From a virus (Duplodnaviria > Caudoviricetes): a stretch of 64,000 nt of DNA. The notes under the pieces were generated by a model that was given only the letters and a program-made list of their open reading frames with translations, ran no database searches and was not told where the DNA came from. The position numbers were made by a program, and so were the translations under genes. Positions 16,705 to 27,096 of the stretch are shown piece by piece. Every line of letters begins with the position of its first letter. Positions within the stretch are counted from its first letter, which is position 1. The stretch lies in the IMG/VR virus record IMGVR_UViG_3300032332_002377. The stretch is one strand, 5' to 3'.

Positions 16705-19290
16705 TCAAGTACTTAAAAGTTCAAAAAGATCAGTCTGTACTTGCGCACCTGGTGATATTAGCTTCCAGTTAACAGCTTCGTAGAATCTATCCATAACAGA
16801 AAAGACAATCTTTTCAAACATCTTTTCTCTATCAGGTTCAAATATATCAATAAATTCCTTAGGGAAATAATACTTATAGCCTAAAACAGATACACCATAT
16901 TTGTTTGGTTGACGCACATAAAAGAATTTAACTTTATCACCTGAGCCAATTTTCTCATATTTTTTATCTAATTTAAATTTCTCAAGCAATAGATTATGAT
17001 AATATGCAGCTTTGACGTGTATAGGCATGTGCTTAGCTGTTGAGAAGTTATCACATTGAGCGGCGTACTTTTCATACCCTTTGCACCCCATAACAAATGC
17101 AATTTCATCTACAGAAAGACTTTTAAATAAATCATACGTCTCAGAAAATACCTTGTTTGTTTCAGTATGACTTTTTGTCATTAGCATAGTTTCAATAATT
17201 TTTTTTACATGAGGTTTAATAGCCTTAGGCATCGTTGTCCTTACAACTTCAACGCCAGTGTATTTAAATTTATTACAAGGGATACCCTCTTCATCGAGAA
17301 TATGTAGAACATAGCGTTTTTTCTGTAAGAAGAGACCAACATCAGCAATAGCTTCACGCTTGAAAAGCAGTCTGCAGTCCTTAGAATTGAGTGCAGAAGC
17401 TCCCCATTTTTTTATCTGCACATTGAGATAGTCTTCTATCTCCTGTACAATTTTATAATATTCATCAGTAACGGCACCATTTTTGTTGAGCATTTTAATA
17501 TCAAGGCTTTTTATAAGTTGCTTGATAGAGATGTAGCTAGAATCTGTATCATTATAAATGATAGGATTGTCGTTGTTAATATCTGCATCTGTAAGGTTTG
17601 CTTTGTTTTTAATAAAATCTATTAGAAGTTTATTGGACTGCTTAATTACAGCTTGTCCAGTTAATGTAATTGATTCTGCTAATTCATCATCACCCAATGG
17701 ACTGTGCTTGTTGCCAAAGTAACCATAAATTGTATTAATAAGAATCTTAATAGTATGTTGCTGGATATTGAGATTATCAGAAAGATTTTTTGTCTTTGTA
17801 AGCTCAGCGTCATCCTCTTTTAACATGGCGAGCTTTCTCTTGACAGCTTTAAGCTGCTTTTTTAAAGCAACACGCTTCTCATAATAATGATCAACAGTTT
17901 CAGGAATAATACCCTTCTCTTTTTGAGAAAAAAGAACCTTAGCCTTGGATATAGCTATTTGTTCTTTCTGAACAAATTTAATAAAAGCATCTGTTGTGAG
18001 ATTAAACGTTTGACCATTAACATGTTTGATAGTAACTTGTTTATCAGTTTTCTCAGTAATGACGCCTACCTTTGTTTCAGGTGATAAATTAAGAGTAATC
18101 ATTACGTTGGGGTATAGGCTGTTAGCATCAAAAGAAACAACATTCTCTTGAAATCCTTTCTTAGGTTCACCTACATAAGCACCAGCATTTTGTTCTTCAC
18201 TTTCTCTGCCTTTGTTGAAAGTTGGTATTCTTAAATTGCGGTGGCGTGCTCTAATTGCACAAAGACCAGTGATGACAGACAATGATCCAAGAGCGCCTTC
18301 AAGTGTAGTCAATCCTGCGTATGCTATCATTCTTAAGAGTTGTAAGTATTGAAGTTTTTCCTCAAGTCTAATCAGAAGATTAACGTCTTGTATGTTATAA
18401 TCTACGAACAATTCCCAGTTCTCATCTGCTAGGCTAGCAAGATTTGTATCACCATAGTCAATCTTGTTTTCACCGAGCTCAGTCTCACCAATGGAGTCCA
18501 GCTTATATGATTCGCGTAATACAGGGCAAAAACGCTTATAAATGTCTAGATAGTCAACGCAAGATACACCCTCAATATGCCAGTGTACTTGCTCTCTACC
18601 AAATTTACCAGTAAATGTAATAGGCCTAATAATACCCACAGGGGAGAGTCTCTTTGAGGCATCTTCACCTAAAATTCTAGCTATGCGATTAACAATATAA
18701 GGAATATCAAAAAATTCAGAATTCCATCCTGAAAGAATATCAGGGTAATCAGATTGAAAGTACTTTAAGAACTTTTCTAATAGCTCTTTTTCAGTGCTGC
18801 ATTTAAAATAAATCCCGTTATCATTCTTCTTGCTGTATGATTTTAATCCCCAAGTAATAAACTGCTTTTTAAGCGAGTCATAGACTGTAATAATATTGAT
18901 AGGATGCTGTGGATCACTAGGGACAGGAAATTCATCAGGGCTATATGTTTCAATATCAATAAAAAGCACTCTGATAGGGAATTTGCTAAACTCTTCTTTT
19001 TCATTATCTTGCCAGTATGTATCAATAAGGAATTGCTGTTGTACGTTAAGATTCTCAAATACTCTCTCAATTTTATTATCTTTTAAAAATCTATATCGTT
19101 CAGCTTGATTTTTAAATCTTTTCTTTTTGAGTTTGGTATTAAAAATACTAAAGACATCTTCTTTATTGTTTGTTTCTAGATAAATGTATGGTTCAAAAGT
19201 TGTATCATAAGATATGCGGTTCCCGCTATCATCCCAAGTAAAGACACGTATTACTTGGTCTCTCGGAATATAGGCTACATTTCTAAACAC
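16705..19290 (-). CDS. family B DNA polymerase (gp43-like)
   Basis: Exonuclease motifs DIET, GWNSEFFD, YNIQD; polymerase motifs SFDANSLYP, KILINTIYG, YNDTDS, KKRY. Confidence 0.97.
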   Translation of the reverse strand: MFRNVAYIPRDQVIRVFTWDDSGNRISYDTTFEPYIYLETNNKEDVFSIFNTKLKKKRFKNQAERYRFLKDNKIERVFENLNVQQQFLIDTYWQDNEKEEFSKFPIRVLFIDIETYSPDEFPVPSDPQHPINIITVYDSLKKQFITWGLKSYSKKNDNGIYFKCSTEKELLEKFLKYFQSDYPDILSGWNSEFFDIPYIVNRIARILGEDASKRLSPVGIIRPITFTGKFGREQVHWHIEGVSCVDYLDIYKRFCPVLRESYKLDSIGETELGENKIDYGDTNLASLADENWELFVDYNIQDVNLLIRLEEKLQYLQLLRMIAYAGLTTLEGALGSLSVITGLCAIRARHRNLRIPTFNKGRESEEQNAGAYVGEPKKGFQENVVSFDANSLYPNVMITLNLSPETKVGVITEKTDKQVTIKHVNGQTFNLTTDAFIKFVQKEQIAISKAKVLFSQKEKGIIPETVDHYYEKRVALKKQLKAVKRKLAMLKEDDAELTKTKNLSDNLNIQQHTIKILINTIYGYFGNKHSPLGDDELAESITLTGQAVIKQSNKLLIDFIKNKANLTDADINNDNPIIYNDTDSSYISIKQLIKSLDIKMLNKNGAVTDEYYKIVQEIEDYLNVQIKKWGASALNSKDCRLLFKREAIADVGLFLQKKRYVLHILDEEGIPCNKFKYTGVEVVRTTMPKAIKPHVKKIIETMLMTKSHTETNKVFSETYDLFKSLSVDEIAFVMGCKGYEKYAAQCDNFSTAKHMPIHVKAAYYHNLLLEKFKLDKKYEKIGSGDKVKFFYVRQPNKYGVSVLGYKYYFPKEFIDIFEPDREKMFEKIVFSVMDRFYEAVNWKLISPGAQVQTDLFELLST

Positions 19291-19296
19291 AATAAA

Positions 19297-19324
19297 ATTA
19301 TAAAAGAACTAAAAAAATTATCAA
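19297..19324 (-). promoter_or_regulatory. sigma70-like promoter of the DNA polymerase gene
   Basis: TTGATA-N16-TATAAT, 6 nt from GTG. Confidence 0.7.
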
Positions 19325-20532
19325 GGATTAACTGTATTGAGATTGACACGTTCTTTAGATTTGTACGGAAAGTTATATAGCTCGTAGTATTTATTGATGT
19401 TTTCTTCGTTTTCTAAAAATCTAGATTCAGCAACTTTTCTTGCTTTAGCACATGTATTCATGTATTTGCCTTTCTTGGAAAGCGTTGTAACAACTTGATC
19501 AACCATCTCATCACCCGTCTTGAATTTTATAGGTGCATCTTCATACGTACATAAATCCTGACATGCAATTGGAATGCCATAACATGACGCCTCAATATAC
19601 TTTAAGTCGCTCTTCGCTTTGTTGAAAGTGCTATCCTGTAGAGGAGCTACCATCATGTTGCATTTTAAATTGTAAATTTTTTCGGGGTAGTTATATAGCT
19701 GCGACCATGGGTGGAATTCTATCTTACCTTCGCGTACAAAAGGAGTTAATCTAAGAGGAAATGCACCGAGAAATACCCATTGAAACTTATCTACTGTCTT
19801 AGCAATTACATCAAATACATGTGCGAAGTCATCATTTTGATTTACTCTATTATCTACGTCAAAATGTGCGCCTGACCCGGCATACAAAATACGAGGACGC
19901 TTTTCATATGCATCATAATTATCAGAGATCTTCTTTTCATTATAAAAATTACCCATCCACCATTTGGGTGGGTAATTAGGAATCACTGTTACATTCTGAT
20001 TTTTAGTCTTGGATTTATAATAATCGCGCATAAAATTACATGTAACTGTAACTTCATCGCACATTTCCATAATTTCTTGACAATTTTTTCTGATTGACGG
20101 ATCAGTAAAAGCTGGTTTAAATTTGTTATAGTCAGGAATATCCTCACTAAAAACTAAGTCATCTATTTCGTAGATGATCTTAAAGCCCATTTGTTGAGAA
20201 ATGCGCTTCAAGTGTCTGACAAACTCAAGCTGATGACTAGTAGCTTGCCTCTGAATACGTACAGTCTTAACGCCGCGATAATAATTAGGATCAAGCACCA
20301 TAACAGTGCTGCCATGTACTATCATTTTTTGATGCGCATTTAGTAAGTGCTCTGGCCAAATCATACGCCAAAAGCCACAGCCACTATAATCAGCATAATA
20401 ATTAAGAGAGCGTGTAAGGTTTAATTCAGGTGGCACTGGTAGATCTTGTTTTGGTGCTACGGGTGCTTGTGGAGCGGCATATGCTGGAGCAAAAGGTGAA
20501 GCAAAGGGAGAGACAAATGGGCTTGAAAACAT
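19321..20532 (-). CDS. GT-B fold glycosyltransferase (GT4-like)
   Basis: GCGFWRM..P, QRQ, YEIDD, VIPN, APL...FN.AKSDLKYIE. Confidence 0.8.
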   Translation of the reverse strand: MFSSPFVSPFASPFAPAYAAPQAPVAPKQDLPVPPELNLTRSLNYYADYSGCGFWRMIWPEHLLNAHQKMIVHGSTVMVLDPNYYRGVKTVRIQRQATSHQLEFVRHLKRISQQMGFKIIYEIDDLVFSEDIPDYNKFKPAFTDPSIRKNCQEIMEMCDEVTVTCNFMRDYYKSKTKNQNVTVIPNYPPKWWMGNFYNEKKISDNYDAYEKRPRILYAGSGAHFDVDNRVNQNDDFAHVFDVIAKTVDKFQWVFLGAFPLRLTPFVREGKIEFHPWSQLYNYPEKIYNLKCNMMVAPLQDSTFNKAKSDLKYIEASCYGIPIACQDLCTYEDAPIKFKTGDEMVDQVVTTLSKKGKYMNTCAKARKVAESRFLENEENINKYYELYNFPYKSKERVNLNTVNP

Positions 20533-20542
20533 GACGTATATA

Positions 20543-22354
20543 TTAACTACTATATTCTATATAATCAACTTTGCGTGTAATACCGTTGCTCTTCTCTAAG
20601 AAGATAATATCACCAGTAGCAGCTTTAATGCTTTCTTTTCTATGACTTATAACCATTGCACATTCATCAAACTTCTCTACTCTCTCCTTAAGAATATTAA
20701 TTACTAGCTCAACACCCTTCTCATCAAGGGATGAATCAAACAACTCATCATATATAGAGAAATTAAAAGATACATTACCTTGAAGCCTGCGAATATCCAT
20801 GAAAGCAAAAAGACATGCTAAATCAACATTCTTTCTTTCTGCTCCACTAAAATTGAAATACGAGCAATCTTTGCCTTTATCATCAACAATAGTTTCTTCA
20901 AAATACTCATTAAAAGTGCATAAACAATTAGCATCCATTTTTTTCAGGTAATATGCTAGCTTGGTGTTGAATAATTGTAAGATTTTTTTAACAATAAAAG
21001 ATTTAACACCTTCTTCAGACATAATAAATTTAACAGTATCTAGTTTATTAAGATTTTGCTTTATTTCATCAATTTGTAATTTAGATTTTTCTTGTTTTTC
21101 TTTATTTTCTTTAATAATGTCATCAAAATTTGTAACGTTAGATTGTATTTCTTTTAGATCAACATCTAGTTCTTTTTGCCATTGATTGAGCTGGTTTAAT
21201 CGCGACACTAGAGAATCTTTCTCTTGATTCTGCATTTTTATTTCATGAATCTTTTGTCTTGTTACTTCTGTTTTTTCTGTTAAAAGTGTCTTTGCTTGCT
21301 TATATTTCTGTTCTTCGGTTTTTAGCGTCTTGTTATCACTAGTAAAATTATCAATTTGTTCTTGTATTTTTTTCTTTTCTTCTTTTATATGTTTCTTATC
21401 TTTATCCTCAATTGAGCGTAAACAGATGGGACAAAGATCAGCATCAGTCCCTACATTTTTAATTTTCTTTTCAAGCTCAGAAATTAAAGTAATATTAGTA
21501 GTGAGATCTTCTCTTAATTCATTTATTTTTTTATCTGCTTTTTCAATTTTTTGCTCCGTTTCCTCTATAGTTTTTTCAAGATCATCTATACTTTTAGTGG
21601 AGAACGTATCCAATCTTTTTTGTATTGTTTGTATTTCTTTCTGATTATTTTCTTTACGTAAAGCATACTTTTCATGCTTTTTATTTCTCTCTTCAAGAAA
21701 TTTGTCTTTTTGCTTTTCAAGAGAAATTAAATTTGTACTCATTTCATCATATTTTGCTGAAAGAATATTGAAGCTGTTCTTTTTCTCATTAAGTTCGTTC
21801 TTAGCCTCAGCTAACATAGAGCCAAAAATAGAAAGATTAAAGATGTCTTCAATAAACTTGCGCTTTTCTTGTTTCTTCTTAGCCATGAAAGGTATGTGAT
21901 TATTCAATGTCATAATCACACAATTCTGAAATATCTCAGGTGTACAGTCAAATTTTTCCATAATAAACGTGCTTGTGTTGCTTATGCTGTCTCTTGTCTT
22001 GTCTTCACCATTAACAAAAATAAAACACTTGGATGGATCTAGAGTTCTTATAATTTGAATCTCATCTTTAGCAGTAGGCGTAATGACATCAACATCTAAT
22101 ACAATCTCACATGTCTTCTTATTGATATTATTGATAATAAATTCTTTCTTAAGGTCTCTAAGTGTTTCACCAAATACAGCGAAATAAATTGCATCTGCTA
22201 CAGTGGATTTACCTACACCGTTTCTTCTGTCCTCTTTATCTTTATTGATACCTGTAATAATATGAAGGCCGGATTTAAAATCTATAACTACAGGTGTATT
22301 GCCTACAGACAGAAAGTTTTTAATAGTTATTTTCTTAAAAAATATTTTTTTCAT
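20543..22354 (-). CDS. recombination endonuclease ATPase subunit (gp46/Rad50-like)
   Basis: KNFLSVGN, NGVGKST, CPIC zinc hook, FSGAE signature, DELFDSSLD, ISH. Confidence 0.95.
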   Translation of the reverse strand: MKKIFFKKITIKNFLSVGNTPVVIDFKSGLHIITGINKDKEDRRNGVGKSTVADAIYFAVFGETLRDLKKEFIINNINKKTCEIVLDVDVITPTAKDEIQIIRTLDPSKCFIFVNGEDKTRDSISNTSTFIMEKFDCTPEIFQNCVIMTLNNHIPFMAKKKQEKRKFIEDIFNLSIFGSMLAEAKNELNEKKNSFNILSAKYDEMSTNLISLEKQKDKFLEERNKKHEKYALRKENNQKEIQTIQKRLDTFSTKSIDDLEKTIEETEQKIEKADKKINELREDLTTNITLISELEKKIKNVGTDADLCPICLRSIEDKDKKHIKEEKKKIQEQIDNFTSDNKTLKTEEQKYKQAKTLLTEKTEVTRQKIHEIKMQNQEKDSLVSRLNQLNQWQKELDVDLKEIQSNVTNFDDIIKENKEKQEKSKLQIDEIKQNLNKLDTVKFIMSEEGVKSFIVKKILQLFNTKLAYYLKKMDANCLCTFNEYFEETIVDDKGKDCSYFNFSGAERKNVDLACLFAFMDIRRLQGNVSFNFSIYDELFDSSLDEKGVELVINILKERVEKFDECAMVISHRKESIKAATGDIIFLEKSNGITRKVDYIEYSS

Positions 22355-23442
22355 TTACATTTTTTATATAGTTCTTGACAATAGGTTATTATACTTTGTT
22401 TGTCTTGAATATCTAGCATATTGACAAATTCTTCAATAGCTTTCTCAATATCAATGCCAGACATATCAACACCTGTATCATCTACAACAGCAATATTAGT
22501 GTTAACCTTGTAATCAATTGATGCAGAGAATGGTTTATAATTAGATATCTTTTTAATTAAAGCATCTATGTTGTCAGATGTTACCTGCTTATCAACTATG
22601 AGTTTTACTATATTATTTTCAACAATATCTTTAAGATTTATTTTTTCTTTGGATGTTTGATCCATGAGTTCAGATAGTGATAACTTCTTGTGTTTAGGTG
22701 ATGATGTATTCTCAAAGAATGTTAAGCTCGAATCGCTTAAGTCAAGAATATAGTAACCTTTTGTTGACCCTGTATCTCCAAAGTCCATCTCAAATGGGTT
22801 GCCTACATAAACAATTCTCTTACCATTGTAATCGCGCTCTTCTCTGAGATGAAAGTGTCCTGTGAGAACAAGATCTGCTTTATCAAGCAATTCAGATGTT
22901 TTCGTTCCTTTATCGCAAAGTTTATAGCTATTCATTTTAAAACTCTCAATTTCAAAATGGCCAAATATTATATCTTGCTTAGGCTTGTCTTGTATAGATT
23001 CTCCCCATGGTACAAAAAGAATTTTCTTACCAAATAAAGTTGCAGATGTTGTAGATGAAATTACTGTAACGTTCTTTCTTTCATTGAAGATAGATATAGA
23101 ATTAACATCAGATCTATCTTTGTAATATGCGTCATGATTGCCAACTAATAGGACTATATTAAACTTCTTCCAGAGCTTAAAGATTTCATTTACTGTGTGT
23201 AATGTGTTTACAGCAATTTCATCTCTATAGTGAAATATGTCACCAAGAATAAAGATGTCTGTAATTTTTTTACTTGTTAATTCTTGTGCGAGCCATTTAG
23301 CCCAACTTAGTGCAGTGTCATGCCAATAGATGCTGTTCTGATGTACACCTATATGTAAATCAGCAATACAGCATACTTTATTACTTTGAGTAATTATTTC
23401 TATTTTATGATCCTGTGGCATTATAATTATCGTTTTCTTCAT
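22351..23442 (-). CDS. recombination endonuclease subunit (gp47/Mre11-like)
   Basis: ADLHIG, LGDIF, GNHD, GHFE, GHFH metallophosphoesterase motifs. Confidence 0.95.
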   Translation of the reverse strand: MKKTIIIMPQDHKIEIITQSNKVCCIADLHIGVHQNSIYWHDTALSWAKWLAQELTSKKITDIFILGDIFHYRDEIAVNTLHTVNEIFKLWKKFNIVLLVGNHDAYYKDRSDVNSISIFNERKNVTVISSTTSATLFGKKILFVPWGESIQDKPKQDIIFGHFEIESFKMNSYKLCDKGTKTSELLDKADLVLTGHFHLREERDYNGKRIVYVGNPFEMDFGDTGSTKGYYILDLSDSSLTFFENTSSPKHKKLSLSELMDQTSKEKINLKDIVENNIVKLIVDKQVTSDNIDALIKKISNYKPFSASIDYKVNTNIAVVDDTGVDMSGIDIEKAIEEFVNMLDIQDKQSIITYCQELYKKCK

Positions 23443-23992
23443 TGCTAGATGGGTCTACATATATGTTATAAGGATTATAACCAGCTTCCCCATCGCATGA
23501 AGTTAACAGATCAGTGTAAATTTTATCGCGATAGTTTGTAACAGTCTCGTGATGCTTCTTTTCTTTCTTAATGCGATTAATAAATGCATGAAAAGCAATT
23601 GTTGTAAAATATGAGAAAGGGCTAAACCCACTATTAAGTTTAAATTTTTTATTCTTAAGAGCAGATACCATTTTTACAATTGCATCCCCTATCATATCGT
23701 CCTTATAGGAGTAGTTTATAAAATTTGGAGCATAAGAAAGACCATGTGCTATTTTATTAATTGAATCACCAAGTTTAATAGAAATCTTATCACTTAAATA
23801 AAATTTTTGAATCTCATCCTCAAACTCTCTGCTATTGACATAGTGTACTTTTTCTTTACCTCTTGGTTTTTTGGGTTCAACTAACGATGCAGGAATTGCT
23901 AATGCACCTACATCCTGATCAAGAACTGGAGCTGTCTCTTTTTGCTTATTCTTGGATTTCTTTGATTTGGTATGTGATATTTTCTTTTTCAT
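23405..23992 (-). CDS. late-transcription sigma factor (gp55-like)
   Basis: HYVN..EF, KIAHGLS..PNFINYSY.DDMI.DA, PFSYFT.IAFHAF..RIKKEKK. Confidence 0.92.
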   Translation of the reverse strand: MKKKISHTKSKKSKNKQKETAPVLDQDVGALAIPASLVEPKKPRGKEKVHYVNSREFEDEIQKFYLSDKISIKLGDSINKIAHGLSYAPNFINYSYKDDMIGDAIVKMVSALKNKKFKLNSGFSPFSYFTTIAFHAFINRIKKEKKHHETVTNYRDKIYTDLLTSCDGEAGYNPYNIYVDPSSNEENDNYNATGS

Positions 23993-25400
23993 AAAGTGTT
24001 TTGCGTTTTAAAAAATGTTGTTCTCCATAGATCAGATTATCAGCAATATCGACTATTATAAGCTTATCCTTGTCCTTATGCAACCGCAAACCTCTTCCGA
24101 TTGATTGTAATATCTTTATTTTTGACTTTCCGCCACCAGCAAAAACTATATAATGCAGATTTTTAATGTTAATACCTGTGGAAAATATCTTAGATATGGC
24201 AATAACAACAACATTGTCTGCTTCTTCCATAGCTTTCTTAATCTTCTCTCTTTCCTCTACTTCAACTTCTCCACGGATAAAATAAACGCGCTTATTAGTT
24301 AATACGCTGTTAAAAAGCGCTTCTAAGATTAATCCATGCTCTATATAATCAATTAATATTAAAGTGTTTTTCTGAATCTTATTAGACAGTTTAGCAAGAA
24401 AATTATTTCTAAAAGAATTTTTAATTAAAAATTCGGTTTCTGTACGATATTTATCAGTAGCATTATAATTGTATTCGGGATAAACTGGTTTGATTTTATA
24501 ATTTAGTAGAAATGCTACAACAGTTGCTGGTGTCACAAAACTTTCCAATCTTAATTGGTAGCTTGATTTTTCATAAATTACAGGGCCAATTTTTCCTATA
24601 ATATTCCATTGATCGAGATTATCTTCAGGCAGTGTTCCTGTAAATCCAAACCTGAAAGGTGTTTTAATTTTTTTAATGAGCTTATTGATTTCATTACCTC
24701 TTCTAAGCTTATGCACCTCGTCAATAACTAAAACATCAATGTCTTCTATCCAAGTTAAATCACTATTTTTACTCTGAAGTATACCGAGATTAGCAACAAC
24801 AGTATTTGTTGATGGATTTAATTCACTACTTCCTGTCCATTTGCTGGTAGTAAAAGGTACTTTATAAGATAAAAAATCACTTGATGTTTGTTCTGCAAGG
24901 CTCAAATCAGGAACAATAATTAGACATTTAAAATTTTTATTCATAGTCCAGATATTTGATAATAGGGAAGCCATAGTTAATGTCTTACCGCCTGCAGTTG
25001 CTAGCATTACAGTGCCTCTACCAAGTGTTAAAGCTTTTGTTACAATTTCACTCTGATAGTCTCTAAGCTCAAGCGCTAGGGGATAAGGCTTGAGCGAGAA
25101 AGTGGGGTTCTTGTGCCATGTGTTGTTTGCTGGTGCAATTTCATGAAGAAATTCAGGAGTTATTTCAATTGTTTGAGGATATTGATTATTTGTTAAAAAT
25201 TTTTTAATTTCAAAATATATACAAGGCTCAAATCTACCAGTTGGTGTAATAGCATAGGTACGCTGCGGTATAAAGCGAGAAAACCGTCTCGCAAATCTTG
25301 CAGCTTCATTTTTAACTGAAAAGTGTTCTCTTATCTCATTAAACAGATCACCAGAAAGAATACCCAATCTTTTTTTATCGTCGAAACTTATACTAATCAT
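23946..25400 (-). CDS. uvsW: SF2 DNA helicase
   Basis: LRDYQ, TAGGKT, DEVH, GFTGT, FSTGINIKNLH, QSIGRGLR. Confidence 0.93.
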   Translation of the reverse strand: MISISFDDKKRLGILSGDLFNEIREHFSVKNEAARFARRFSRFIPQRTYAITPTGRFEPCIYFEIKKFLTNNQYPQTIEITPEFLHEIAPANNTWHKNPTFSLKPYPLALELRDYQSEIVTKALTLGRGTVMLATAGGKTLTMASLLSNIWTMNKNFKCLIIVPDLSLAEQTSSDFLSYKVPFTTSKWTGSSELNPSTNTVVANLGILQSKNSDLTWIEDIDVLVIDEVHKLRRGNEINKLIKKIKTPFRFGFTGTLPEDNLDQWNIIGKIGPVIYEKSSYQLRLESFVTPATVVAFLLNYKIKPVYPEYNYNATDKYRTETEFLIKNSFRNNFLAKLSNKIQKNTLILIDYIEHGLILEALFNSVLTNKRVYFIRGEVEVEEREKIKKAMEEADNVVVIAISKIFSTGINIKNLHYIVFAGGGKSKIKILQSIGRGLRLHKDKDKLIIVDIADNLIYGEQHFLKRKTLYEKENITYQIKEIQE

Positions 25401-25786
25401 GTTGTTTCAAGTTTTATAATATCAATTAGATTTTTTAAATCATAAGAAGCGCTAGATAATGTTTTTTCTGCTTTCTCTAGCAATTCTACAATTAACTGCA
25501 GCTCATTAATTTTTTTATCATACTCTTTCAATTCATCTGCATTTTCAACTAATTTATCTAAAACTGGGAGAGATGGTTTAACAGCAGAATTTTCTAATAT
25601 TTTTTCTTTTATATTTCTCTTGAGACTGTCTTTTTTGTTCTTTAAATCAAACATCTCAGACTTATGCCTAATACATCTACCAGCCCATTTATGTTTAATT
25701 CCAGGTAATCTAAGTGTATAATCCTTAAGATACAGCTCATCTATCTTTAAATCGTTCTCTAATTCTTTTATATAGTCGTTAAGCAC
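25397..25786 (-). CDS. uvsY: recombination mediator
   Basis: 129-aa helical protein, DLKID...P..KHKW...KN.ID; adjacent to uvsW. Confidence 0.75.
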   Translation of the reverse strand: MLNDYIKELENDLKIDELYLKDYTLRLPGIKHKWAGRCIRHKSEMFDLKNKKDSLKRNIKEKILENSAVKPSLPVLDKLVENADELKEYDKKINELQLIVELLEKAEKTLSSASYDLKNLIDIIKLETT

Positions 25787-25792
25787 ATATAA

Positions 25793-25820
25793 ATAATAGT
25801 ATAAAGGTATTAATTATCAA
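25793..25820 (-). promoter_or_regulatory. sigma70-like promoter of the uvsY-uvsW unit
   Basis: TTGATA-N16-TATTAT, 6 nt from GTG. Confidence 0.6.
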
Positions 25821-26074
25821 TGATATCATTCAAGCAATATTATAATGAACAAAATACGGCTGGAGCTGGAGGCGCATTAGGCTCTTGGACTAGTACAGGT
25901 GGTCAATTTCCGGCATCTGGTGATGCAGGTTATGCACCAGGAGATGCAAGACAATTGAGTCCTTATGGTCCTGCGGGCGCTGTACTTGGTGCAAAAATAA
26001 AAGGCAAGGGTAAGAAAAAGAAAGTAAAGCTTAATATACAGCGCAGACCGTTGCCAGGTTTGACATTGAAGTAA
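25820..26074 (+). CDS. small Gly-rich/basic protein, putative head-packaged
   Basis: MISFKQYYNEQ leader; basic C-terminus. Confidence 0.6.
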   Translation: MISFKQYYNEQNTAGAGGALGSWTSTGGQFPASGDAGYAPGDARQLSPYGPAGAVLGAKIKGKGKKKKVKLNIQRRPLPGLTLK

Positions 26075-26081
26075 ATATATA

Positions 26082-26498
26082 ATGGATTTAGGTCATTGGC
26101 TTGTTAATGAAGGTGTTATTTTTAATGAAGAAACATTTGGCTTTATTTACGAAATAATTAATACTGCAACTGGTAAGAAATATATTGGCAAAAAACAGTG
26201 TAAAACAAAATTAAAAAGAAAACCATTAAAAGGTAAAAAAAATAAACGAATTGAAATAAAGGATTCAGATTGGAGAGAGTATACTAGTTCATCAACTGAG
26301 CTAAATGAAGATATAAAAAAGTATGGTAAAAATAAATTTATTTTTAAAATTATAAAAATTTGTGGCAGCAAGTGGGAGCTTGCTTATTTTGAAATTAAAG
26401 AACAAATAGACAAAAATGTACTATTCCGGGAAGATTATTATAACGGTATTATAAATGTCAGAATAGGGCGGCCTCCAAAAAAATTGCTTGAAGACTGA
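26082..26498 (+). CDS. GIY-YIG nuclease-family protein (short)
   Basis: GFIYEI...KKYIGKK, DWREYTSSS, ELAYFE, YYNG. Confidence 0.75.
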   Translation: MDLGHWLVNEGVIFNEETFGFIYEIINTATGKKYIGKKQCKTKLKRKPLKGKKNKRIEIKDSDWREYTSSSTELNEDIKKYGKNKFIFKIIKICGSKWELAYFEIKEQIDKNVLFREDYYNGIINVRIGRPPKKLLED

Positions 26499-26520
26499 TA
26501 ATTTATAGGCATACTATATT

Positions 26521-27084
26521 GTGCTTAGGGAACTAGTAAAAGACCAATATAATCTTCAGATTTTTAATTATGAGTATATATTTAAAAATTATATTGAGAG
26601 GCAATTTATAGATGATCTCTATAGCTATAAACTCTTAGAAAAAAAGAAAGACTCAACTGTACGGCGCTTGTTTATTCATCACAATATTCATGCAATATGT
26701 GATTATATTCTAAAAGAGAAAAAGAAAGGTAAACAAGTACTGTTTTTTGACTATCATAATTTATTGGAAGGTGAGATATTAGAATATATAGAAGAAAGCA
26801 GAATTAAAAGCTATCTTAATTACACCTATCATAAGATAAAATCTACACTGCCAATGCGCATATATTTCTCTACTTTTTCTTTTGAATACTTTATACATAA
26901 GTATGAGAAGAATGCAGGCATAGGTATAGAAACTATGCTTAAAATTAGAAACTTAGCAGAAAATAACGGTTTTGAGAAGTTTACCTTTGAAAAAGTAAAG
27001 AAATTTGTTAAAAGAGAAGAACTAACCTTTTTAGATAAAACCTATTTTAATAGCTTAAAATCTAAACAATTACTCATTAATTGA
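26521..27084 (+). CDS. hypothetical protein
   Basis: 187 aa; TTGAAG-N16-CATACT promoter 5 nt upstream. Confidence 0.6.
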   Translation: MLRELVKDQYNLQIFNYEYIFKNYIERQFIDDLYSYKLLEKKKDSTVRRLFIHHNIHAICDYILKEKKKGKQVLFFDYHNLLEGEILEYIEESRIKSYLNYTYHKIKSTLPMRIYFSTFSFEYFIHKYEKNAGIGIETMLKIRNLAENNGFEKFTFEKVKKFVKREELTFLDKTYFNSLKSKQLLIN

Positions 27085-27096
27085 TAAATATTAATA

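Noticed and set aside
9768-25400. Inteins or group I introns in helicase, UvsX, polymerase, UvsW
   Set aside because: Proteins have normal lengths, contiguous motifs and no splicing signatures
26082-26498. Mobile homing endonuclease
   Set aside because: Only 138 aa with no C-terminal DNA-binding repeats; resembles the short stand-alone GIY-YIG proteins common in large phages
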